DNA of 64,000 bases, taken from NCBI GenBank assembly GCA_964490105.1, contig CAZAZU010000001.1:646245-710244 (forward strand), in the 5' to 3' direction. The position numbers were made by a program, and so were the translations under genes. The notes below the pieces were generated by a model. It did not search any database, had not been told where the DNA came from, and saw only the letters and a program-made list of their open reading frames with translations. Each line of letters begins with the position of its first letter. Positions within the stretch are counted from its first letter, which is position 1. This stretch comes from an uncultured Gammaproteobacteria bacterium (GTDB taxonomy: Bacteria; Patescibacteriota; Microgenomatia; Levybacterales; UBA12049). Positions 29,242-37,409 of this stretch are shown here, in pieces.

Positions 29242-29262
29242 TTTCCTGACACTTTCCTGACA
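29242..29262. promoter_or_regulatory. 11-bp-period direct repeat (OmpR/PhoB-type box)
   Basis: TTTCCTGACA at 29242-51 and 29253-62 (TGTCA cores on minus strand). Confidence 0.55.
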
Positions 29263-29307
29263 AAAAATCCGTTTGCTTATGCGCTTTTAAACAACTAAAA
29301 TGTCTGC

Positions 29308-30597
29308 ATGAATCCTAACTTAATCGAAAAAACATACCCTATTAATTTCCGCGAAGAAGAAGCCAAAAAACTAGGAACTCACATTATAAATAGACGCTCA
29401 GTTGTTCTAACAGGAATGCTCAGAGTCGGAATCAGTAATTTTCTTAGGTTCTTTTTAAATCACGATGGAATTAATAAAAAATATTTGGATGATAAGAAAT
29501 ACATAATAATTCCAGTTGATTTAAATGACTTAGTCGAAAGAGAAATTTATCCTTTTTGGATTTTAACTTTCAAAAGATTAGCAGATACTATTGAAGACTC
29601 TAGCTTACCGCAAGGAATCAAAAAGCAAATTGCATTATATTTTTTAGATAGTATTCAGTCGCAAGATCTATTTTTAACAATCGATTATTTAAGAAAAAGC
29701 TTAGTACTTCTTTGTGACGAGGGTTATCTTCCTACTGTATTTTTCTTAAGATTCGATCGCATGAAAGATTCCATAACTCATGATTTCTTCGCAAATTTTC
29801 AAGGACTTATTGAATCAACTCATGACCGTTTATCTTATGTTTTTACAAGTGCCCGTCCTTTAAATCATCTAGAGCCGACTATTTTTACCAAACAATCCTT
29901 ACTGATTTTCTCAGATAATCTTTACATAAAACCAAATAAAAAATCTGATATAAAAACTATTTTTGAGTCGAGTATCAAACAATATGATTTAAAACTTTCT
30001 CCCGAAATAATAAATAGTTTATTAAAACTTGTTGATGGACACACTCAATATTTACAGTTTGCATTAATATCTCTTAAAGAAAATGGAAATATTAAGCCCT
30101 CTGAGCTTTTCGATTTTCTAAAAAATGACGAAAGAATTTCTCTTCAGTCAGAAGAACTTTGGGAAAGTCTTTCTTCGATTGAACAAGATATCCTTTTGAA
30201 AATAGAGTCAGGAAAAAAATTGACAGATAGTGAAATTAAAGAGGGGGAGTATTTAGTAAATACAGGATTTTTTGATTTAAAAACTTTAAAAATATTTAGT
30301 CCGATATTTGATTTATTTATTAAATCAAAAGCGGAAGAAAAAAGAAAAGAAAAAAATAATACTGATTTTTCAAAAAAAGAAAATTTACTTTTAAAATTTC
30401 TGGAAGAAAATAAAAATGAAATTTGCGAAAGGGAAGAGATAATAGAAGCTGTTTGGCCGGAAGCAGAAGCACTTGGGGTTACCGATTGGGCAATCGATAG
30501 ATTAGTGGCAAGAGTTAGAAATAAACTAAAAGATCATGATAAAAATTATGAAATTGTTACAATTAAAACAAGGGGATATAAATTAATTGAAAGATAA
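29308..30597 (+). CDS. Degenerate P-loop (STAND/AAA-like) domain + C-terminal OmpR-type winged-helix regulator
   Basis: GMLRVGIS in place of Walker A; C-terminal REEIIEAVW...AIDRLVARVRNKL...IVTIKTRGYKL. Confidence 0.75.
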   Translation: MNPNLIEKTYPINFREEEAKKLGTHIINRRSVVLTGMLRVGISNFLRFFLNHDGINKKYLDDKKYIIIPVDLNDLVEREIYPFWILTFKRLADTIEDSSLPQGIKKQIALYFLDSIQSQDLFLTIDYLRKSLVLLCDEGYLPTVFFLRFDRMKDSITHDFFANFQGLIESTHDRLSYVFTSARPLNHLEPTIFTKQSLLIFSDNLYIKPNKKSDIKTIFESSIKQYDLKLSPEIINSLLKLVDGHTQYLQFALISLKENGNIKPSELFDFLKNDERISLQSEELWESLSSIEQDILLKIESGKKLTDSEIKEGEYLVNTGFFDLKTLKIFSPIFDLFIKSKAEEKRKEKNNTDFSKKENLLLKFLEENKNEICEREEIIEAVWPEAEALGVTDWAIDRLVARVRNKLKDHDKNYEIVTIKTRGYKLIER

Positions 30598-31186
30598 GGC
30601 GCTTACTCATTTTAAAAAAGTAGACCCAGTTCTTTACGAAATTGCAATTAAAGTAAAACTCGAAAATTACCCAAAGCCCGAAGATTATTTTATTGATTTA
30701 GTAGATTCAATTATCTCTCAGCAATTATCCGGAAAAGCTGCAGCCACTATTTTCGGAAGATTTAAAAAACTTTTCAAAAATGAGAAAATTACCCCAGAGG
30801 AATTAATTAAACTTAACGATCAAACAATAAGAACTGCAGGAATTTCTTTTAGTAAAATTAAATACATAAAGGGAATCGCAGAAGCAGTTAAAAATAAAGA
30901 TATTGATTTAAAAAAACTTGACAACCTAACTGATGAAGAAGTAATAGGGGAGTTAATAAAATTAAAAGGAATAGGGAATTGGACGGCAGAAATGTTTTTA
31001 ATGTTTACACTTGGTCGTCCTGATGTTTTTTCAACTGGAGATTTAGGACTACAGAATGCTATTATTAAGCATTATAAACTCAAAAACAAACCAACAAAAG
31101 ATGAGCTTTTAAGAATCAGCGAGAAATGGTCACCACATCGCACAATAGCTAGTCGGATTCTCTGGAAAAGTTTAGAATCAAAATAA
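30587..31186 (+). CDS. alkA: DNA-3-methyladenine glycosylase II (AlkA/HhH-GPD)
   Basis: SIISQQLSGKAA, LKGIGNWTAEMFLMF, GDLG, W.P.R. Confidence 0.88.
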   Translation: MKDKALTHFKKVDPVLYEIAIKVKLENYPKPEDYFIDLVDSIISQQLSGKAAATIFGRFKKLFKNEKITPEELIKLNDQTIRTAGISFSKIKYIKGIAEAVKNKDIDLKKLDNLTDEEVIGELIKLKGIGNWTAEMFLMFTLGRPDVFSTGDLGLQNAIIKHYKLKNKPTKDELLRISEKWSPHRTIASRILWKSLESK

Positions 31187-31864
31187 CTATTTAATTATCT
31201 CCCAGAGATTTAGATCTCCATCTTTTAGAGGAATTTCACCTTTCCACGCCTTTACTATCATATTGGCTACTTTTGAAGGATCAACGCCGGAATCAAAATT
31301 CCACATTTCAGTTTTAACTGCACCGGGACTTACCGAGAAAATTCGAAGATCCGGATACTCAAGCGCAAGACTTTTCGTAAAACCTATGACCCCATGCTTC
31401 GTCGCACAATATACTGCTCGACCCGGATAGGGGAGATGCCCAGCACGTGAAGCAATATTTATTATTCCTTCTTTTATCTGTGGGAATGCAGCTGAGGTCA
31501 TCTTAATCATTCCCGAGAGGTTGGTCCCGATCTGTCCATCTATCTCATCGAAAGATTCGTTTTCGAATTTCTCCCACCCTATAACTCCTGCGTTGTTTAT
31601 AAGAATATCTATGTGGCCAAATTTTTCTATAACTTCTTCGACCGATTTCTCTATATTTTCATTATCTCTAGTATCTAACTTTATTATTAAGACTTCGTCC
31701 GCTCCTAAATCCTTACACTTATGTGCCACTTTTTGTGCGCCGCTAATATCGCTATTGTAAGTAATAACCACTCTGCATCCTTCATTTGAAAATGCATAAG
31801 CAATCTGTTCCCCGATCCCTTTACTTGATCCTGTTATTAATACGCTTTTTCTAGATAGATCCAT
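31187..31864 (-). CDS. Short-chain dehydrogenase/reductase
   Basis: TGSSKGIG, NNAG, YCATK. Confidence 0.93.
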   Translation of the reverse strand: MDLSRKSVLITGSSKGIGEQIAYAFSNEGCRVVITYNSDISGAQKVAHKCKDLGADEVLIIKLDTRDNENIEKSVEEVIEKFGHIDILINNAGVIGWEKFENESFDEIDGQIGTNLSGMIKMTSAAFPQIKEGIINIASRAGHLPYPGRAVYCATKHGVIGFTKSLALEYPDLRIFSVSPGAVKTEMWNFDSGVDPSKVANMIVKAWKGEIPLKDGDLNLWEIIK

Positions 31865-31942
31865 CAGTTATTTAATTCTAACGTTTAGAATTAAATTTGC
31901 AATATTCTTGACATTTTTTTGCTTCAAGAATACAATACCCAT

Positions 31943-32608
31943 GTGCAAAATAAACAGGCAATCATCGGCATAATTGCAGCCATTGTTATCCTTTTCGGAG
32001 CGGCAGGAGTATTTCTATATTCACAAAATAAAAATGAGCCCGAACCAAACACCACAACAGCAACAGAACAGAAAAACGAAGCTGAATCTCTGGAAAGCAA
32101 TTTAGCTTCTATTTTAAAATCTGGAAAAACCCAAAAGTGTACTTTTACCTATGCTGATGAAAGCGGAAATAGTACAAAAGGCATGGCTTATTTGACTAAG
32201 AATCAAATGAGAACCGATGTAACAAGTACTGCTAATGGCAAGTCTTCCACGATTTATGTGATTAGGAATGGCGATGATAATTATATTTGGGGTAGTGATT
32301 TTCCAAATAATACGGGTATGAAGATGACCATGTCTCTAGATGAATATGCTTCTAATGAGGAATCAAAAAAATATTTTGATCCAAATTTAAATGCAAAGTA
32401 TGACTGCTCTAATTGGACAGTTGACTCTAGCATGTTTACGCCTCCAACAAATATTAAATTCCAGGATATTGGAGCTTTATTACAAGGCATGATGAAAGGA
32501 GCTTCTAAAGCACCTACTGGTTCCTCTGGATCTTCTTCTGAGTGTTCTATTTGCAATTCTCTAACTGGTGATGCGAAAACTGCCTGCATGAAGCAATTTA
32601 GCTGCTAA
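31943..32608 (+). CDS. Exported/membrane-anchored hypothetical protein with Cys-rich C-terminus
   Basis: TM N-terminus; TTGACA-17-TACAAT-6nt-GTG supports start 31943. Confidence 0.75.
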   Translation: MQNKQAIIGIIAAIVILFGAAGVFLYSQNKNEPEPNTTTATEQKNEAESLESNLASILKSGKTQKCTFTYADESGNSTKGMAYLTKNQMRTDVTSTANGKSSTIYVIRNGDDNYIWGSDFPNNTGMKMTMSLDEYASNEESKKYFDPNLNAKYDCSNWTVDSSMFTPPTNIKFQDIGALLQGMMKGASKAPTGSSGSSSECSICNSLTGDAKTACMKQFSC

Positions 32609-32672
32609 TCCTCTTACAAATCCTTTACTCTTTTTATACCCGAGTCATAAAAGTAAATACTAATATAAGCTT

Positions 32673-32948
32673 ATGGTTAATCCATATACAGTAATAATTT
32701 TTTCCCTGATAGTTGCTATCGCGACGCTTTCACCAGCTCAAATCAGATATGCCGTAAGTGATCCTATAGGGTCTATAAATGTTTTTCTAAATCTAGGAAT
32801 AATACTTGCGATAATAGTCGTTTATTATTTCTATAGAAAAAGCAAAGCTGAGGATACTACAACCAATAACGATTACAGCTTGGTGGGAAGCAAAGGTGGA
32901 AGGGCTACAAGAACCAAAACTACAAGAAGAAAAAACCGTCAGGTTTGA
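32673..32948 (+). CDS. Small membrane protein
   Basis: Two hydrophobic segments, basic tail. Confidence 0.6.
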   Translation: MVNPYTVIIFSLIVAIATLSPAQIRYAVSDPIGSINVFLNLGIILAIIVVYYFYRKSKAEDTTTNNDYSLVGSKGGRATRTKTTRRKNRQV

Positions 32949-32982
32949 CTTGAATAAATAAAACCGCTAATATATTTAGATC

Positions 32983-33465
32983 TTGAGAAAAGAACACTTT
33001 CTTTTACTCCTAGTGTTTGTTTTGGCTTTATTATCAGTGCTATTTATAGCAGATAAATACTCCGGAAAAAGTCTAAATAATCCATTTGCGTCCGTTACAC
33101 CTTATCCTACGATTATCCCCGGGAATAATTCCGGAGAAATTATTTCCATGGCCCCCTCTTCTTCTCAAAATATCGAAGTCCTATCTCCCAGATCAGGTGA
33201 TAAAGTAAAATCTGAATTCGTAGTTAAAGGGAATGCTAGGACTTTTGAAAGCAATGTAGCGATTAGACTTTATGATTCAGAGGGAAACGTACTGATAGAA
33301 ACTTTTACACTGGCGAATGCACCAGATATCGGACAATTTGGACCTTTTGAAAAAATGATAAGCTATGTAACTGATTCACAAACTGGAACACTTGAGGTTT
33401 TTCAATACAGCGCAAAAGATGGATCCCAAATAGATAAAGTTACAATCCCTGTGGTCTTCCGGTAG
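32983..33465 (+). CDS. Gmad2 immunoglobulin-like domain protein
   Basis: VKGNARTFESNV, GPF, S.KDGS motifs after TM. Confidence 0.75.
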   Translation: MRKEHFLLLLVFVLALLSVLFIADKYSGKSLNNPFASVTPYPTIIPGNNSGEIISMAPSSSQNIEVLSPRSGDKVKSEFVVKGNARTFESNVAIRLYDSEGNVLIETFTLANAPDIGQFGPFEKMISYVTDSQTGTLEVFQYSAKDGSQIDKVTIPVVFR

Positions 33466-33973
33466 AAAGTCGTTCTCTCCAATTATTTCCCCATTCCTCT
33501 ACCACTTCTCTTCGCGGCATCCACACATCAAAAGCAATTCCCCCTCGAGAAGCTCTCATTTCATGTCTGACGCTAATTCTTAAAATTAAATCACTCACAC
33601 TGCTTTGGATTGGAAAAACTCTTTGCTTCTCATCATCTGTATATTTATCTTCGATATGCTTTCGATAACTGGTTTCATAACTATTTCTAGCTGCTTGATA
33701 CGGGTTTCTGATTCCCTGCAGTCTATGAAGATAATAAACAGTGGGATTTACTACTCCTCTTAAGCCATGAAATCCAAGATTATCTGCTAAAAAAGCTTCT
33801 TCTCTCAACTGCCTTAGCCCTAAATACATTACGAGAGTTTGCTGATCAACTCCGGCCAAACCAGCTGCACCTGAAATTCCAAATCTTCTATCCATTTTTC
33901 TTGCATCAGCTAAAAATCTATTTGCGAATGATGGATCTAACTGTGGTTCACCTTGTGCGATACGCTCACCCAT
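33440..33973 (-). CDS. Arg-rich hypothetical protein (orphan)
   Basis: 177 aa, TATAAT 9 nt upstream. Confidence 0.65.
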   Translation of the reverse strand: MGERIAQGEPQLDPSFANRFLADARKMDRRFGISGAAGLAGVDQQTLVMYLGLRQLREEAFLADNLGFHGLRGVVNPTVYYLHRLQGIRNPYQAARNSYETSYRKHIEDKYTDDEKQRVFPIQSSVSDLILRISVRHEMRASRGGIAFDVWMPRREVVEEWGNNWRERLSTGRPQGL

Positions 33974-33994
33974 AAGAGTGGAATTATAACGGAG

Positions 33995-35650
33995 TTAAAC
34001 TTCTATAACAACCGGGAGAACGAGAGGACGGCGTTTTAACTTTTTTAATAAATATCTTTCAGATACAGTTCCTATGTTTCGTCTTAGGTAATTCCAATCG
34101 TTTATTTTAGTCTTCTTTGGTTTTAAGTTCATGCTAATTTCCGAAGATAAACCATTTATAATTTCATTTACTTCAGCTCCTGAAAAACCCCTAACAATAA
34201 TATTTGGTTTATCTACTAGCCCTCCAAAGGTATCAATTTCTGCAAGTACTATTACGACTCCTTCTTTTGAAATTTTCTCACGGTCCCGCAAAACAAAAGT
34301 GTCTACCTCTTCACCTGATACTTGATCTACGTAAACATTTTGAAGAGAAATCTTCTTACCAAGCTTTGCATCAGTCTTTGTGAATATAACTTCTTGTCCG
34401 TCGTCAGGAAGTAAAACATCTTTTTCTAAAAATCCATTTTTCATAGCCAGCGCTTTATATGCAATCATGTGCTTATACCCTCCGCCAATTGGAAGAACCT
34501 TACGAGGTCTCACGAGACTCATCATTAAAGATAAATCTCCCTGAGGTCCGTGGCCTGAAACATGAAGACCGTGCTCTACATCTGAATATAAAACTCTTGC
34601 TCCTGATTTTGCGAGATCATCAATTAAAGAGTTAACTGCAACTTCATTTCCGGGAATCGCATCTGAAGAAAATGCAACTGTGTCTTTTGAATTAATCATA
34701 ATATCTCTATGATCTCCCCTAGCAATTCTTGATAACGCTGAATTTTCTTGACCCTGACTCCCTGCAACTACTAAAACTATTTGTTTATTGTTATAGTTTC
34801 TGACATCCTTGAGCTCGATTTCCATGTTTTTATCAATCTTCATGTAACCAAGTCCTGTTGCCACATCTTTAGCTTTTAGAAGAGAACGACCAACAAAGCA
34901 AATTCTTCTATTTAGAATTCTTGCTGCGTCAACAACTTGATTTAGTCGTGCTATGTTTGAAGAATAAGTGGTCATTATAAATTTACCTTGAGTGTTTCTC
35001 ATTTCATCAAATATTTTATTTCCAATTCCGATTTCTGTTTCTGTAAATCCGGTTCTTTCAGCTCCGAGACAATCAGACATTAAACACATTATTCCTTCAT
35101 CGGCCTTTCTCACAATCTTTGCAAAATCACTTTTTTTCCCGTCGTATGGAGTCATATCAAATTTAAAATCTGAACCATGATAAATATTTCCAACAGGAGT
35201 TTTAATAAAAATGTTTGACGTATCTGGCACTGAGTGAGTAACTCTGATAAACGATAACATGAAATTTCCGAGCAAAATATCCTTATCAAAGTTCACGCTA
35301 ATCGCTTTTTTATTTAAACCAAACTCTTTTAATTTTTCATTTATAAAACCAGCTGTAAGAGGAGTCGCATAGATATTAAAATTTCCCTGAAGCTGCGGAA
35401 GAATATATGGAAGTGCTCCAAGATGATCTTCGTGTCCATGAGTGATGGCAATTCCTATGATTTTTTTATTTGGATTTTTTTGAAAATATGAAATATCCGG
35501 AAGCATAAGATCCACACCAATCATTGTTTCATCGGCAAAACCAAGTCCACAGTCCACAATTAGAACCTGGTCATTATATTCATAAAGATGCATATTCTTT
35601 GTGACTCCTGTGACTCCTCCCAGAGGAATGTATTTTAAAGTATTATCCAT
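33995..35650 (-). CDS. rnj: Ribonuclease J
   Basis: PLGG, THGHEDH, HSVPD, GSQG, HVSGH, RRPLVLPV. Confidence 0.93.
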   Translation of the reverse strand: MDNTLKYIPLGGVTGVTKNMHLYEYNDQVLIVDCGLGFADETMIGVDLMLPDISYFQKNPNKKIIGIAITHGHEDHLGALPYILPQLQGNFNIYATPLTAGFINEKLKEFGLNKKAISVNFDKDILLGNFMLSFIRVTHSVPDTSNIFIKTPVGNIYHGSDFKFDMTPYDGKKSDFAKIVRKADEGIMCLMSDCLGAERTGFTETEIGIGNKIFDEMRNTQGKFIMTTYSSNIARLNQVVDAARILNRRICFVGRSLLKAKDVATGLGYMKIDKNMEIELKDVRNYNNKQIVLVVAGSQGQENSALSRIARGDHRDIMINSKDTVAFSSDAIPGNEVAVNSLIDDLAKSGARVLYSDVEHGLHVSGHGPQGDLSLMMSLVRPRKVLPIGGGYKHMIAYKALAMKNGFLEKDVLLPDDGQEVIFTKTDAKLGKKISLQNVYVDQVSGEEVDTFVLRDREKISKEGVVIVLAEIDTFGGLVDKPNIIVRGFSGAEVNEIINGLSSEISMNLKPKKTKINDWNYLRRNIGTVSERYLLKKLKRRPLVLPVVIEV

Positions 35651-35664
35651 TATATTTATGTGAG

Positions 35665-36726
35665 CTAATGTGGCAGAAATTGCGAGACGTTCTGCGAATT
35701 CAAAGTTATTATAGCATTTTTTCCAACTTTACCCTCAACTATTAATCTTGCGACTTTTCTGCAAATTCCTTCAATTGTTCGCTCTAAAGTTCTTATTCCA
35801 GAATCATATCCCAGCGGTCTAACGATTGTTGGCCAGACATCATCCGCAATTTTTAATAGATTTGGCGGAAGTCCCGACTGCTGAGAAATTTTTGGAAAAA
35901 GATAATTCTTGCCAATCATAAATTTTTCCTCATCAGAATATGAAGGCATCTGAACTAATTCCAAACGGTCAAGTACAGCCGTAGCAATATTTGTAGTGTT
36001 ATTTACAGTAGCAACAAATAAAACTTCGGATAAATCTACTGGGTAATCTACATAGTGATCAGTGAATGCTTGATTTTGCTCTGGATCAAGTAGCTCGACT
36101 AAAGCTCCCATAATATCAGCCCTGGCTGCCTCCGTTACGCGGTCAAGCTCATCAAGAAGAATTACACTGTTTTTAGATTTTGCATGCATTAATTTTTTTA
36201 TTATTTGTCCGGGTTCTGCATCAGGAAAAAGTCTGGATTGCCCTCTCAAGTCCCTAACGTCTCCCATTCCACCAAGAGGAATTCTTTCGAAATTTCTCCC
36301 CATACTTTGCGCAATTGATGAAGCAAGTGTAGTTTTTCCAGTTCCAACAAGACCCACCAAACAAAGAATTGGAGCACGATTCGCTTTCTGACCACTTTTA
36401 AGATTGAGAATAAGGGAGGCTAAATATTCAAGAATTGTATCTTTTACCCCAGCTAAACCATAATGATTCTTATCTAATATCTGTTTTGCAAAGCCTAAAT
36501 CTAAGTTATCTTTTGTTTCAGCTGCAAATGGAATCTGAGAAATAACATTTAAATAATTAGAAACACTTTCCAGGTTAGAATAATTTCCAGCTTGTTTTAG
36601 TGAAATTTTTAAAATGTCTATCATTCCGCGGGCTTTTTCTAAAAGCTCAGGCGGTAAATTAGCAGACATAATCTTTTTCTCTAAAATTTGAAGTTGGGCA
36701 TCGTAACCCTGGGCAGAGTTATCCAT
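35665..36726 (-). CDS. Lon-type AAA+ module without N-terminal or protease domain
   Basis: LDKNHYGL..VKD.ILEYLA, GLVGTGKT, LLDELD, LLDPEQN..F.DHY, G.R.LER. Confidence 0.85.
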   Translation of the reverse strand: MDNSAQGYDAQLQILEKKIMSANLPPELLEKARGMIDILKISLKQAGNYSNLESVSNYLNVISQIPFAAETKDNLDLGFAKQILDKNHYGLAGVKDTILEYLASLILNLKSGQKANRAPILCLVGLVGTGKTTLASSIAQSMGRNFERIPLGGMGDVRDLRGQSRLFPDAEPGQIIKKLMHAKSKNSVILLDELDRVTEAARADIMGALVELLDPEQNQAFTDHYVDYPVDLSEVLFVATVNNTTNIATAVLDRLELVQMPSYSDEEKFMIGKNYLFPKISQQSGLPPNLLKIADDVWPTIVRPLGYDSGIRTLERTIEGICRKVARLIVEGKVGKNAIITLNSQNVSQFLPH

Positions 36727-36738
36727 ATATATATCTTA

Positions 36739-37404
36739 TCAGTTTTGAAATTTATTTCTAATTTCTTTTTTCGATTTTTGCCATACCTGATGCTGCTTGA
36801 TAATTCCGAGAAGACCTAAATGGTGCGAATGAGTTACTCTAAACCTAGGATCATTAATTATTTCATATCCTTTACGTTTAAAATACATCGACCATTCGAG
36901 ATCTTCTGAGACTATCAAGCTTTCATCAAATTTATGCTTCATCCACAAATCACGCCTAATAATTGAATTTGTATTTCCTAAATCTCCACCCTTTTTATAC
37001 TTATTAAAAGAACCGATTATCTTCTCAGCAAATGTAGATTCTTTTCCAGGCATAGGAAATGCAAAAACCCCAGCCACTTTATCGCTCTTAAAATTACTTA
37101 ATCCATCCGAAAGCCAAGTTTTAGATACTGGAAACGAGTGCGCAGATAAATAAATAAGATATTTGCCTTTTGCTTTCTCCGCTCCTAAATTACATGCTTT
37201 TGAATAAGAAAATTTTTTAATCATTACAATCTGAACACGATCTTTTTGAAAAAAATTAAAAGCTACCTTATCTGAACTGTCAGTTGAATTATTATTTACA
37301 ATAACTATCTCAAAATCCTGATTTGTTTGACTTCTAAGAATTTTAAAAAGTTTTTGGAGATTTTCTTTCTCGTTTTTAACTCTAACAATTACTGATGTTT
37401 CCAT
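36739..37404 (-). CDS. GT2 glycosyltransferase
   Basis: SVIVRVKNE, STDSS, N.GA..AKG, FDE.L..SED. Confidence 0.85.
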   Translation of the reverse strand: METSVIVRVKNEKENLQKLFKILRSQTNQDFEIVIVNNNSTDSSDKVAFNFFQKDRVQIVMIKKFSYSKACNLGAEKAKGKYLIYLSAHSFPVSKTWLSDGLSNFKSDKVAGVFAFPMPGKESTFAEKIIGSFNKYKKGGDLGNTNSIIRRDLWMKHKFDESLIVSEDLEWSMYFKRKGYEIINDPRFRVTHSHHLGLLGIIKQHQVWQKSKKEIRNKFQN

Positions 37405-37409
37405 CAAGT

